Shown piece after piece: positions 1-13,612 of a stretch of 64,000 nt of DNA (positions are counted from its first letter, which is position 1; each line of letters begins with the position of its first letter). Below the pieces are notes generated by a model. It worked only from the letters and a program-made list of their open reading frames with translations, made no database searches and was not told where the DNA came from. Origin of the DNA: the human T2T-CHM13v2.0 reference genome, Homo sapiens; assembly GCF_009914755.1 (NCBI RefSeq), contig NC_060946.1; one strand, given 5' to 3'. Position numbers and translations under genes: made by a program.

Positions 1-2264
1 TTTTCTTTCAATGCCAGAGCTTCTCAGCTTGGCCCCTGTAGCCCTGTACGTTAGCCCACTCAGAAGAGAGCTCTCTTTCAGGGTGTCCAGGAGCCTCTGA
101 CACTATAGGTAGAATTGGTATAATGGAAATCATGAAAAAGAATGAAATTTTGTGACAATGGGCAGAAAAACCCCAAAACCAGGTTTCTAGTCACTTTTTT
201 GTGCGTGGTGGGAGGCAGTTTGAAAGTAAAACGGAAATCAGGGATGGGAAGCTTCTTGGTGGGGTCTGGACTGGGGAGTCTCATCTTTCTGACCACCCAG
301 GAACCTGTGTGGAGAGAGTGGCTGGGCCACTGTCCAGCCAGCGCCGAGAGGGTTTCCGAGTAGAGATGTTACCGCAGGGTCACCGGTTAGTGTTGTAAAA
401 TAAGACTGGTGGTTGTGGATACTAAACGTGTGCATGAGATCTACACGGTAAAAAGGCCAAACAATTTTTTAAGCAGTGATAGAATTTTCCCTCCAGATTT
501 AGAAGGAATCGTCCCTGATGCTTCTGGCTTTCTAAAACCAGGGCGGTTTTACCCCCCGCCCCGTGGAACGCCCTTTCCTTCATTCTGGCATTTCAGATGG
601 CAGGAAGAGCATTTAGCTGAAATATTTACCTGCTGATTTGGGGTTCTTAAATTTAGAATCCCCTTTCATGTGTTTAAGAGAGATATTTACATTCAAATCA
701 GCCTTTTATAATTACATTTTAAATTATAATAAAATGATGGTGCCGGCGCTCCAGTTTTCCGTGTCTTTTAACTGTAAGAGAAGCTGCCGTGAATTGAATG
801 GGGGCTACCCATCACCCAGAGTCCCCGCTGCCCACCGTGTGGGTTCTGGCCTGCCCGGGCACACGTGTCCTGAGCATGGCAGCTACATGGGTGTTACCTG
901 TGGGGCCCTCCCCGCACTGCCAGGAGAAGGGCCTGACGGGGATTCTGGCCCCACACAGTGCGATGGTTGCCCAGCCTCACCGCCTGCAGCTCCATCTGAG
1001 AAGGGCCTGATACGGGCTGGGGTCCAGGCCCACTGCCCTCATGTCCTGAGCCCCACGGTGGCCTGCAGGCCTGGTTTGGAGGCCATTATCTCCTCGGCGG
1101 CCAGCCGGGCACAGCAGTGGCCACTTCTGGTCGAGGCAGTTCTGTGGGTGAGGGGCGAGCATCGCCTCCTGCAACCGTAACCCAGGCCCTGCCTCCCCTG
1201 CCATGCCCCTGTGGGTCCCGTCGTTGCCATCTTGTCCTCAGTGGCTTCCCGATGTTGCCTGCTGGCAGGGCAGGCCCCGTGCCATGGAGCATGAGGGACC
1301 CTTCCCCTCCCAGGGCCAGGCTTTTGGCAGCCAGGCCAAGCCGCTGCTGGAATGGAATTCCCGGCGTTCCTGGTGGGGCGCATGGCATCGGAATCCTACC
1401 TGCTTTGTCTCTGGCATCAGCTGGTGAGCCAGTCACGTGGCCGTGTGCGTGAGACCAGAGCCCAGGACTGAGGGCTCCTCCCGGGCGCTTCCTCCTCGCT
1501 CACTCACCCCCACCCCCTTTTTTTGGCTTTCAGCAGGACTGGCTCTGAGCAGGCGTAAAACAGTGTTAAAACTGAATCCGGGCAGCAGGGAGCTCCTGTC
1601 CACGGCGGCAGGCTCTCACAGTCCACCGGGCTCTCGCGGTCCACCCAGACCACCCTTTACCTCGAGTCCTTATGCACAGAAAGGCCCTGATATGTCCCAT
1701 ACACTCAGGAGTTAGGCCCAGAGCTGGGCAGTGGTCACTCCACGCCATTCCCTCTGGTGTAGAGCTGGCCCTGCCTGCCCCCAGACGGCCGTGGGGTGGG
1801 TGGCACCGCTTCCTGGGGAACCCCTTCCCACACTTCTGGCCTTGTTTCTCACCCACACAAGGACACCCCAGTGGTCACTGCTGCAGCTCGCGGTCACATA
1901 GAGGGTGAGAGGGGAGAGCTGGACAAACAGGTGACCCAGCAGACCCAGCCTGATGCCCGCAGGAGAGAGCAACGGGGTCTGATATTTTGTCTCCAAATGA
2001 AAGAGCCACAGTGAAACCCCAGGCCTGCCAACCCCAGTTGTAGGGCCAGAGAACAGGGATGTTTCCCTGAGGCGGTGGCAAGGTTTGGTTTGGTGAAAAC
2101 GAAGGATATGTGAGGGTCTGAGAGGGGAGGGTGACTGGCCTAGACTCCACCCCTGGCGCCCTGTCCACCGCGGCTGGCTGGCCACTCTCGGACCCCTCGG
2201 CGTCAAGCGCTGACTGGGTGCCTGCCTGGGGCTTGGGGCTCTGTACGTGTTAATTCTGCCACTC

Positions 2265-2392
2265 CAGCAGCCCTGAGTGGGAGGAGCCATTATCCCCCTT
2301 CTTTCTGTAGATGGGGAAACTGAGGCAGGCTTGCCCATGGTGAAGTGGCCAGTCGGACACAGGGCCAGATTGAAACCTGCAGCCTGGGCTCC
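2265..2392 (-). mobile_element. MIR SINE fragment
   Basis: MIR core GTAGATGGGGAAACTGAGGC...CTTGCCCA. Confidence 0.7.
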
Positions 2393-2499
2393 CGGCTACA
2401 ACAGCGCCAGCCTCCACAGGCATTAGAAGGGGACTCACTGCGAGGGCCCCAGCCAGGGCAGCTTTCAGGGTGGGGTCTCTGGCCTCACCCTGGGGAAAC

Positions 2500-3320
2500 A
2501 GCCGGGGCGCTGGCTGCCTCCTGCTGAGCCTGGCGTGGGAACAATGTGGCCTCTATCCCTGGAGCGAGCCAGGCCGCCTGGACACCCAGCCCTTCAGAGC
2601 AGCCCGGCCAGGCAGGCGCCCACAGCATGGCGCCCGGGCCGCGCTGTCCGTCCACGGGGTGCGGGCGCCTTGGCCAGGCCCAGGCAAGCCGCTCCCCGTG
2701 TCCTCCCTGGCTGGCCACTGAGTGGCCAGACGCCGGCTTCCTCCTCCCTCTCCCGCCCGGCCAGCCTCCTCCTTTTTTGGTGGTGGGTTTGGGGGCCCAG
2801 CCCACCCGCCACTGCCACGTCTGCCATCCTCCCGCACCCACGAGCATCTTTCAAAAATTCCCGGTGGGCGGGGCTGAGCTGCAGCGGCCGCCTCTGCCCC
2901 CCCTCCCCGGGCAGCCAGTGCCAGATGAGAGCAGGAGACAAAAGTAGCATTTTCCTCGTACTCCGGGGCTGGCAGCGGGGCCTTCCCCCAGCACCACATG
3001 GCTCCTGGCAGCCCTGCCCCCTGTGCCGGGGTGGCCGAGGCCCAGCCGGGCCCACTGGACCGAGGGACGGCGGCGGCCAGAGACTAGGGGGCCCGTGGGC
3101 CCATAGCTGGGGCTGGCACCGGGCAGCCTGCTGGCCGGCGGGACCTGCCCTCCTCCCCCACCCGGGTGACCGGCTGGGCCCAGGGACGTCATTTTCACTT
3201 CCTGGCTTTGGAGAAGACGCCTCCATCCTCCGGCACCTCGGGTAAGTCACCTTCTTTCCTTCTGTCGTGAAGACGAGCCGAGGGTGCTGCCATCTTGTGC
3301 CCCGGTGCCTGTTACGTGTC
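2500..3320. promoter_or_regulatory. CpG-island-like region; candidate alternative promoter or first exon ending at donor CGG|GTAAGT (3241/3242)
   Basis: High GC and CpG density, GC boxes (GGGCGGGG near 2866), and a strong + strand 5' splice site at the edge. Confidence 0.5.
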
Positions 3321-3597
3321 CTCCCTCTAATTGGTTCTCCAAACTCAGAATTCTATTTCAGAGCCCTCCATCTTCCGTGCAGGAAGCCCTGCCAAAAACT
3401 GCAGGGAAAATGCAGAAGCCAAGCCCATTTACTTTCAAGATCCAAAGCTACAGGCTTTAGAAATCACAATAAAAATGAATGTTTATTATTTCACAGTAGC
3501 TGCGTCTTCCATTTTAATGGGAACAAATGCTTTGGGAGTATTAATAGCCATGGCCTACTCCTGCCTTCCTGGTTGTGGCAGTTTGTGTGGGGGTCTC

Positions 3598-3624
3598 ATT
3601 ATTATTATTATTATTATTATTATT
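3598..3624. repeat. (ATT)9 microsatellite
   Basis: Directly visible. Confidence 0.95.
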
Positions 3625-4679
3625 GTCTTAATTTTTGGCGGCGCCAGGAGTGGCAAAAGGAAAACCACCAGGACCATCCACGGCTCCTCCCAGCAAACTC
3701 ATCGGCAGGCAGGGCCAGGCTGGCACCCGGGAGGGAGGACTTTGCATCTAGAAACAGAGGCCCTTTTATTTTGTCCGGCATCTTTAATGCTACCATGTCC
3801 ACAGTTTAGGGATCTAGTTCTTTCTCCCTTTCGTTTTATTTTTTGGAAAAAAAAGAAAAAGAAAAAGGAAAAAGAAAGAAAGCTCCTTTTGGCCCTCAGC
3901 TCAGTGTGGGGAAAAATATTTTCGGTTGTTTTGGGCTTTGTTTTTGAGCACTTATTTCAACTTGGGGGTTCCGCCTGAAAGTGCTGGGCCTGTCTTGTCA
4001 CCGCCCTGACCGCAGACTGTGTGTGGCGTGCGCGTGGGCACCGTTCACTACACAGACCCTTGGGGAAGCCCTGAGTGGCCTCATGGCCTGCCCGTGTCCT
4101 GGATCCCACCCCAGTTCCTCACCTGCAGAGCTGTTGGGGGAGACACCCAGGTCGTCCAGGGCCTGAAACGTGGCTGGCAGGGCCGGGAGTCCCTCAAAGA
4201 CCTTTGAGTCCCCCCGCCTTGCCACCTCTGTCCAGGAGCTGGGCTCAGTGGCTGCCCGGGTGTCCCTGTTGGTCCCTGCCCCTCCAAAAGTGCTGATCCT
4301 TTTGATTCAGAGGTGGGCTTTGCAGAGCACAGCCCCATGTCCACCTCCACGCTGTGGCAGGCTGACAAAAGCGTCCTCGGATGCGGCCTGGTTCCCCACC
4401 CTTGAGGGGAGCCAGGGTCTTGATATATAGAAAATGGAAGAATCAGACCCGGAAAGTTCTAAACGGCACTGAGAGGAAAACTCCCATGGAAATCCATCTT
4501 TGTTTTCCCAGTTCGGAGGCGCGTGGGCCCTGCGTGCGCGGGCCTCGGTCTGAGCGGCCGGCCTCGGCAGACAGCACCAAATCTGTAAACGGAGCTAAGC
4601 TCACACGAGGACTCTCGGCGGCTGCTTTTGTTCGTAGATGAGCCAGCAGTCGATACTGGAGGGTCTGGGGCTGCAGAAA

Positions 4680-6540
4680 CAGGCATATATAGCAGAGATA
4701 ATTAAAACATTTCATGATTATGACAGCCACATTCTGCTGCTGCAAGCTGGAGGATTCATGCCACCCAAATATTTAGCAAGCATCAAATAAAACACTGGTG
4801 GCAAAATAAAAGTAATAGAAAAAAAAACAGAGCGTAATACATTTCAAAGGCAAAAGAGTCAAGGGGATGGATAGGGAATGGGTCGGGGGAAAAGTGGGGA
4901 GAGTTCAGCATTTTAAAAGAATTCACATGTTTAATAGCTGGCCACTCATATTTTTTTTTTGGTATAATTAATGTAGGCAAATAGACCCTTAATTCTAAGT
5001 CCTGGAATGAGAGATGGTAAAATTTCCTGATTATTAATTTATCATTTTTGTTTTTTGTACAGGGTAGGGGCAAGTAGCAGAAAAATCAATTAATTCACAT
5101 AAAGGAACATTTTCATTCTAAATTAATATTGCCACTGCAATTAAATTTATCTAGTATTTTTAACATGTATGGATAACACACTTTCCTGTGTACACCTTGG
5201 ATACCTGGGACCGTTATATGTGATCAACTATCATCTTAGTTTTTTAGCTTGGTTAACACTTGACCCCTCCCCCCACCTCAAAATCAGTAAAATGCTGTGG
5301 ATTCTGCTTTTTAAAAAAATCAGGCCAAAATCTCAGCATTCTCCATGGCTCCCAGTGCTTCTCGGCAGTTTTTTTTTTTTTTTTTTTTTTTGAAGAAAGT
5401 ACCACGCAAAGCACTTTTCACATCATCGCTTCTATATAAATTCCACTATAGACTGAAATTATACATTCTCGCAGCACAGATGGGCTGGTCTGTCATTACG
5501 GCTGCTGGGTACTTGTTGGAACACACAGCATATTTCAATTGTGGAGTCGACAATTTCGAAGAACTGGGGTCAAAATAAACAAGTTGCATTTGTGTATAGA
5601 AACAGACTTATTCAATGATCTTCTCATCCCCTGGAAAATTCGGCAGAGGAACGATCATCACCTTCATTAAACTTGAATTTAATTTTTGGTCTTCATCTTT
5701 TAAGACCCCACATGCCCTGTGTCAAAGGCCCATCAATGTTTTAATTAATTACCAATTTTTCTCTTATGCTGCAGCATTAGCAGTGGAACACAAGATTTAA
5801 ATTCAAACTCGTGGGTGTGGTTTTTAATATCTTTTGACTTTAATTTTAACATCTTAATAATTTTAATATCTTACTAATCTCTATAGGGGAGGTGTGAAAC
5901 CTCTGTTCTGTGTCGAGTTGCCTATTGTTTTGAGGCCTTTATGAAAAATCAGATGATTCATATTTAGGATGGTCTAAAGATACATTTAAATCCAAACACC
6001 ACCCACAAAAAAACTCAGCAGGTAAAATACATAGAGTAGCCATAAACTTAAAAAAAAATTATCTCACCAAGATAACAAAGTGCAGAATTTATTGGTTTGT
6101 ATCAACCTCCTTGAGGGCAGAGCAGTTTTTACAGCCACAATAATTTGCAAATGATGATAACTGTTTATTTTGCAAATATGCTCATATTATGAGGCCATCA
6201 GTGGAGGCTTTTTTCTTTTCCCATACGTGTAAGTGTTTGCCTCTGTGTTTCTAAATTCTGGATTCAGGCTCTGCAGTTTCTCACCGGCTGAGACCACGTT
6301 CCCACGTTCCTGCCTCAGTGGCAGTGGCCGGGAGGAGGGAAGGGCGCGCCCCCTGTGTTGCCTCCTGCGAGCTCCAGCCGCCACATCCATTTGTTCGTAG
6401 AAGTGCTTTGTTGTGGCTTGTTTATTTTAAGGGATGTACCTGTTGGTGGAGATGTTAGCAAATCATAAGAAAAGTAAAAAGTTGATGAAATTTGCCAGAG
6501 CCGCTTGGGAGCCAGCTCTGCTGTCTGGTGGTTTTAACGA
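4680..6540. promoter_or_regulatory. AT-rich, homeodomain-motif-rich block; putative conserved enhancer cluster (includes T23 at 5369-5391)
   Basis: Abrupt drop in GC with no recognisable transposon. Dense TAAT/ATTA, TGACAG and TCAAAG motifs. Confidence 0.45.
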
Positions 6541-6774
6541 CATCATCCCTTCCAGTTCTGGTCTTTTAGCCTATTGACTCCCGCCTCCTTAGCAAGAGGA
6601 ATATGGCCCTGGTCTGGGCGCTCTGAAAGATGAGGCAAAGTGAAAAGGCCCCAGCCTCTGGGCCGCAGAGCCTCTAAGCAGCGGTGGGCATGGCGATGGT
6701 GGTAATAGTAGCAACAGCACTCTCTGCTGCTGTTCACAGGTGCCCGCTGTGTACCGGGGCTCCTGCTTTCAGAA

Positions 6775-7150
6775 AAGCACCGGCTCTGGGACCCAAGGTC
6801 TCGGTTCAGATGGGGTCGTCTTTGTTTCCAGGCCGTGTTGATCAAGGGCAAGTCATTTCACCTCTCCGGCCTCATTTCCTTATCTGTAAAATGGAGGCAG
6901 TAAGTGTCAACTTTCTGAACACATGGAAAGCTGGGTTCATGGTGAGCACCCCATAAATGCTATTGCTTCCTTGCCTTATTTCTAAGGCTCAGACTATGCC
7001 TGCAAGGGGGCATTTTCATTACCTCCATTCCACCAGGGGAAGCAGCGAACCTCTGAGAGGCTAAGTGGGTTCCCCAAGATTCAACCAGCTGATAAGTGTT
7101 GGGCCAGGGCTTGAACCCAGCCCTGCCATCCTTCAAAGCCCATGTGCTGC
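6775..7150. mobile_element. Adjacent MIR fragments in opposite orientations (+ about 6775-6965; - about 7020-7150)
   Basis: GGGCAAGTCATTTCACCTCTCCGGCCTCATTTCCTTATCTGTAAAATGG on +, and CCCAAGATTCAACCAGCTGATAAGTG...CTTGAACCCAG on -. Confidence 0.65.
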
Positions 7151-10100
7151 CATAGCATTCACCGACGCGTGTTGCGGCACGCGTGTGCGTGGTGCCCCGG
7201 GTGTGGACAGCATGTTGGTACGCAGAGGTGCAGAGGTGTGTGCGTGTAATGTTTGCACGTGTGCATAGGTGTCCTCTTATTTCTCCATTGTGTGAGGTTC
7301 CTGGTAGGTCGGCAGTTTCCAAAGAGGTGAGCTGGTGTTTGGAGGTGCATTGGTCGGAGTGGGCCACACAGTCCTCAGACCACACCTGGGGATGACTGTG
7401 CCATGGGCTCTCCACCACCCCAGGGATGCCCGTGGGAAGAAGGGTGGTTTTCCCCAGTCCAGGGCTAGCCAAAGCTGGCAGCGGGTGGACTGGGCATCCA
7501 GGCGTGGGCTTCTCGTAGGTGCTCAGCACTGCTGAGGGAGGCTCTGGCTGAGTGGCCTGCATGCTGGGCCTTGGCCAGACGCGCTGCTGCCTCCTTATGT
7601 GGACAGGCGGTTCTGGGCGCCGGCCATTTGCAGACTGGGAGGAGTGGAAGTGAGGCCTGCGGGCCCCGGAGAGGAAATGGCGGCGTGGGCAGGCCCAGAA
7701 CAGGACCGGGAAGGCGGGCCGAGGGAGGGAGTGGCCCAGAAGGCCTCTGTCGGCCGGTCAGCGTGCTAGCGGCCTTTCTCCAAGAAGCGGCCAGCTGGCC
7801 AGGCCTTCCCGGGCAGGTCTGTTTGTCTGCCCACATGCACACACGTGCACCTGCGTGCCAGGGCACGGGGAGGTTTAGTGGCCTTATTTCCTAATAGGGA
7901 ACATAGCAGGGCCTGGGGTTTGATGAGACGGCGTAACGCCCAGCACACCTTCAGACAAAAGAGACCGTGATAAAAACGGTTCTTACTACAAGGTCCCAGC
8001 TTCTGTCTTTAAAATGGGGCTTCCAGCCTCCGCCTCAGTAGATGGTTGGAGGCACTGCATGAGATCCTGGTCTGGGGAGCCCCTGGTTCGTTGGTGTTTC
8101 CCTTGCCTTGGCCTAGTAAGAGGGGACGGGAGGCCCAGGCTCTGTGGTGGGCCTGTCTCAGCCCATTTCAAACCCTACCCACTGCCTTCCCATGACCTTA
8201 ACAGGATGGCATTACCCAGCACTCACCCAGATGCCAGGGTGGCACCGGGTGAGTGGCAGTTTCGGGTGGTCCTGGAGAAGGGTCCTGGCATCGGCTGGTA
8301 TGAGTCTCTGGATTTCCGAGCTTCAATGAGGGCTGGATTCAGGGTGTGGGCTGGGCCAGCCATTCCGGCAAAACCCCAGAAGGAATCCACAGGAGGTGGG
8401 GACCGGGAAGGCAGCCGGGTTGCGCCAGTGCCTGCAAGGGAACCTCTGGCCCCATTTCCTGGGAGCCTGACCCCGCCCTAGGATTCCTGGAGTGGGTGTG
8501 CCCACGCTTCCGGCCCAGACGTGGGTGGAGGGATCCCACCCTGCCAGGCCTCCCGCCTGTGCGGCTTCTTTCAACTCGATGAGAGGAGGACTCCTCCTGG
8601 GCCTGGTGCTTCGAGGTCCAGACGAGCAGACACTGGCGCCTGTGACCCTGCAGCGGACGCCCTTCAAAGTCCGCGTGGCCGCATTTGGAAGCCTGGGCGG
8701 CGTGGAGACGGCGCCTTCAGCTTGAGATAGTAAGTTGCCCAATGCCTGCACCTGTGGAGACTCCCAGCACCTGGTGGGTGAGCCGCAGGGGGCTCGGGCC
8801 TCCATACTGGGTCTCCAGCAGCAGGGGTGAGGTCTCTCCTGTGATGGACTCAAATGACTCAAACCCACTGGGCTCTGCCCGAGGCATCTGCGCTATGGAA
8901 GCAGCTTGCAAATGGGCTCTCTGGGGCCACGCCGGCCCACGGCGGCCACAGCCTCGGCCAGGAGCCGTGGAGGGAAAGATGAGGCCGCTGCAGCATTTCC
9001 GTCTGCCAGGGCGACGGGGGCCAGCAGGGCAGGAGCAGCGGGGAACCCTGGGTGGTGGAGATCCCCTGCCTTGGTCCAGGGGAGAAAGCTGGGGGCCGCA
9101 TTTGGCACCCCCAGGGCAGTGCCAGTGCATGTTGGATGTTAGACTCAGCCCCACATGGCAAGGGGTGTTGAGCTTTGTTGAGCACATACTAAGTGCCAGA
9201 CCCCAGGCCAGGTGCTTTCCATCCATTTTGATAAACATCCATTTTTAAATTTAATCTGCCAGTTCCATTTCCCTGCCACATCCATTTGGAGCCAGCACGT
9301 AGCAGTGCTGTTCTCAGGCCAGAATGTGGAGTAAGCAGGACAGACAGCGTCCCTGTCTGGGTGGAAGTTCCAGTCTAGTGACGTGTGGGTGCTAACGGTT
9401 TTCTATATGAGGAGGCCAAGGTTCAGAGAGGCCGAGGGATCTCCCCAGAGTCACGGGGCCAGCAGGTACCAGAGCCTTCTCCCTAACCCAGGTCCTCCCC
9501 ACGACTGTGCCTGCACAGAACCACACAGGATCCCTGTTTATCTTCAGATCTTCAGCCTCTCTTGGATGCTGGCCTTGTCTGGTTCTCTCCAGACACCCAG
9601 CACTAGGAAGGACCATTCCGTCGGCTTGGAGTTCTTTTGCCCCGGGGAGAGCCGGAATTGTCCTGGGGTCATGGGTCACTCTGGCTCTGAGGCCCTGAGT
9701 CCTCTCTGGCTGAGTGGCCAGCATTCAGCGCATGCTGGTTTGGGCTGTATGGGGCTCCAGGGCACCCTGCCACTCTCGGGCTCTGTGCCCAGGCTGGTGT
9801 GCTGGCAGGTGTGAGACTGCACGCAGTGTGGCAGCAGGCGGTGGCAAGGAGGGAGCTGTGGTCATCCTCGTTCTTGGTGTTCCTACGGCCCAGAGGTGGG
9901 AACGTATGAGACTGTACACCCAGATGCCGTGTGCCAGACCAGGATGGGCTCACAAGACACCAGCCCTGCATGGGCAGACGGGGACCACATCAGGTCACGG
10001 GGCACAAGAACCTTCTGGAGACCCCACCCCATCTGTCGGCATGGTTCACGTTCATGGATGACCAATCATCTCTGAGCGCTGTGGCGCTCATGGCCCTGAG

Positions 10101-11014
10101 TCCACGGGTTTTCTCGTGTTTCAGAGCAGTTCTGAGCCCACTTCATTCTGCAGAGCACTGGCTCAGAGAGGTTATGGAACTCATCATGTGCCAGGCCCCA
10201 GGACGGCCACGGGAAGAGGCCTGAGAATGCCGTCGAGTGACGGGATCCAGCAGACCTGGTGGAGCACCGGGGCCTTGGCCAGAGGGGCTGGAGCCCTAGA
10301 CCCAAGGTCTAAGCCCTGCACTGCCTGCGCCTGGCCCACAGGCATGGCGGCCTCACTGAGAGGCAGGCTGCATGTCCTCAGCAAACACGGGCACCAGACG
10401 GAGACCAGACAGAGGCCAGTACCAGGCGGGGCTGAGAAGTTAGCCGGAGCATCCTAGGATGCCAGGAAGCCTTCCAGAGGTGGCAGCCCCGCAGCCCCCG
10501 CTCCTTCCCACAGCTGACCTCCAGGGCTGCAGCTGCAGGGCCCCTGCGTCCAGCCCTCGGACCTGCCACGTCCCAGGGCCCCACTGCCAGGCACCGCCCC
10601 GTGCCGGCCCTGTACAGGCCACATCTGCTGCAGCAGCCATGCCAGAGCTCCGCCTCCCGGGCTCCGTCCCCATGGAAACCACGGTGGGGGGGGCTCCTCC
10701 TGCATTTGGCCCGCTGACTGGTTTCCATTAGAGCCGGCCTGCTTTCCCTGAGCTCTGCCCCTGCAGTTCAAGGCTTCCCCTGGGGGTTTCTTCCCACATT
10801 TACCGAGCACCAGCCGTTCCGTGCCAGGGAACCCAGCGGTCTGGGCCCCGCCCGCCCTGGCCAGCACCCACCGGTGGTGCCTGATGCCCGGCACCGTGGC
10901 TGCTCCCCTGTCCTTTCTTATCGAAGGCCAGCTGCTGCTGGGTCCTGGTGTCGTGGACTCAGCCCTGGATCTGAGTCAGGGCACTGGGCTCCCATCCTGG
11001 CTGGGCCGTAGAAT

Positions 11015-11085
11015 CACTGGTGGGCACTTGAATAAGCCCCTTCCTCTCTCCGGGTCTCAGTTTACCCATCTGTAAAATGAAAAGC
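11015..11085 (+). mobile_element. MIR core fragment
   Basis: CTCAGTTTACCCATCTGTAAAATG. Confidence 0.7.
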
Positions 11086-11924
11086 TCCATCTATTTCTTG
11101 AGTTCCTTGCAATGCCGAGAAAGAAAGACAAAGAGAAAATGAAGCCACAGTACGCTGTTGCTGCCGGGTTCTCAGAACTGGGATTTTTGTTTGCTTTCAA
11201 AGAGGGTTTTTTTTTTCTAGGGAAAGAGTCATGGAATTTGACCAGAGATGATTGTTTGAGGGGCCAAGAGCCAGCCAGAGCCCACGGACATGCAGCATGG
11301 AAGGTGTAGCCAGAAGCCTGGGCAGCGATACCCGCCGGTCCGCCTTGGCATCTGCTTGGCACCCAGTGACCTGGCTGTGAACACAGTGAGCGGAGGCAGG
11401 AAGTGTGCCTGCGCCGGAATCCGAAGGGCTCTGGAAAACTCCCCAAGAGGTTTCCGGAGGTCAGAAATGTGGGCAGAAAATGAGATCCAGCTTTTAAAAA
11501 CCTGGCCGACTCATCCCCCGGGAGCCTAGGGAGGCCTGGGAAGGTGCCTCCACCACCACGTGGCTGAGTTACGAGAAGAGCTCGCCGGGCTGGACCTGGG
11601 GGTGCTGGGCTGTTAGGGTCGGCAGCAAGGTGGCCCCAGCCCAGACTACGTCCTGGTGGTGTCTTCCTCCTCCAGCTCTTGGGAGTTGGGAGGCTTCAGC
11701 GGGGAGGTGGTGATGGTACTGGGGCCTTTTGCCTGGCCTGCCAGTGGCCAGCATGGCTCTCCCCGTGGGACCTTCCAGCTCCTGCTGCCTGGGGTGGTGG
11801 TGCGCGTTGGCCTCCCCTGGGCCCTGTGGGTGCTGGTGATGGCCTGGGAACACGTTTCCAGCTCACAGATGAACAGAGCCCGGGAGGTGGAAGACCTTCT
11901 TGGCAGCAGGGAGTGAATGGCCCA

Positions 11925-12075
11925 GTGGGGTGGGCAGCTTGCTTAGCCTCCCCCAGCCTCGGTATCCTCATCTGTAAAATGCGGCTAGTAACCTTGATCT
12001 CCTGGTCAGGGTGAGAGTTAGACGAGACGAGAGGCGGGATCAAAGCTGGATAAATGGCAGGAGACAGCACCGGAA
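11925..12075 (+). mobile_element. MIR fragment
   Basis: GCCTCGGTATCCTCATCTGTAAAATG...GTGAGAGTTA. Confidence 0.65.
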
Positions 12076-12615
12076 CTGCGCCCACCCCGCATCCTTGTCA
12101 TGATCAAGGCAGACCACACGTCCCAGAGAGCCCAGCTCCATGATGGGAGAGCAGGGCCAGGCTGACTGTGGTCAGGCCCACCTGGAGGGGCTGCTGGCAG
12201 GCTCTTGGGTGACAGCCACCCTGCCCTGGTGGCCCAGGTAGCCTGAGAGTTGGCGTTTCCTCTTCCTCCATCTCAGTCAAGAGGCCGAGTCAATTCCCCA
12301 CTCAGCTTCTGCCCCTGCCTCCTGCCCGAGGCAACCTGGCTTTGCTGACTGGTCCCAGTGATAGGGGACATTGTCACTGTGGCTCAAAGGGCGGGCTTGG
12401 TGGCATTTTCAGTTTTCTGTCCTGGGAAGGAATGAAACCTTGGTTCGAGTGGCCGCATCTGGGTGGCCACGGCCTTTGCACCCCCTGCCTTTGCGCCCCC
12501 CACCCCACCATCCCGATGAAAGTAGGCCGAGGGCGTCGGCACAGAGCGGCCGCCGCGGTCCTGGCCAGGGCTTGATTTAGATATTCGGGGAGACTGGGAT
12601 AAGGTAGGAAATGAA

Positions 12616-12627
12616 GGAAATTTCCCC
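12616..12627 (-). promoter_or_regulatory. NF-kB motif GGGGAAATTTCC
   Basis: Consensus kB match next to a CpG-rich patch (about 12520-12740). Function untested. Confidence 0.3.
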
Positions 12628-13309
12628 AGGGAAAGGGGAAGAGAAGACGGAGGAGCTTAAGTACCCACATGATTATTAAGCGTGGCTGGTGATTTACGGC
12701 CGGGCAGGCGGCTCCTGGCGGCTCCCTGCCCCCTCCCTCCCAGTGCCCTGCACCCTGGAGAGCCGCCATGGGGAAAACAGAGGCCACCAGGTGGGCCCAG
12801 CACCCGAGCTCCGCCTTATCTCCTGGGTCTAGGCCCTCGGCAGTCCCTGGGCAGGTGACGCAGCACGGGACACAGCTCCTCCATGTGCTGGGCACTGACA
12901 TCTGTCATTGGGGCCACCTCACAGAACCCTGACGGATCACCGGCCCTGTCTTACAGGCCAGGAAGCCCAGGTCTGGAAGGTCGAGCCTCACGTGGCCCTC
13001 TAAACGGTGGAGTCTGAGCCAGCCTGGCCACCGGCCCAAACCCTAGGCCTTTCTCTCTACCACGGCCAGGTTCAGTGGCCTCTGGTGGGAAGGGCTGGGG
13101 AGGCCCTTGTCCCTCCTTAGAACAAGGGATGCGGGTGGAATGGTGGTGGCTGTGGTCGCGAAGCAGGCCTCTGCCCATCCTGCCCTGTCTCCTGCCTTTC
13201 AGGGTGCCTGTACTTCTCTTGGCTGAATTCCAGTCTCCCCTTCAGGGGACTCTTGAGACCCTCAACAGCCAGCCCTGACCCCCTCCGTGGCCCCATCTTC
13301 GACCTCTGT

Positions 13310-13455
13310 AGACTATGGCCTAGTGTCACCTCCTCCTGGAAGCCCTCCTTGCTCTCCACTCACCCATTGCCCTGCTGTGGGGCCTGGGGCCTGGTAGTAG
13401 CCTGTCTGGGGCCAGGGAAGTGTTCCTCTGGGAAATATTTTATGAGTGAATGAAT
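13310..13455 (+). mobile_element. L2 LINE 3' fragment
   Basis: TGTCACCTCCTCCTGGAAGCCCTCC and the terminal AAATATTTTATGAGTGAATGAAT. Confidence 0.6.
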
Positions 13456-13612
13456 CAGAAGAGAAAGCCATGACCTGCCTGCCTGTGCTCAGTGCCACGT
13501 CAGAAGCCACCAAGCTGTGGCATTGCCCCGGCAAGTTTATTTTTCCACCTCCACTAAGTAAGTTCCACTTCAGGACTCATCCGAGAGGTTGTGAAGCCAC
13601 ACGTCATCAAAA

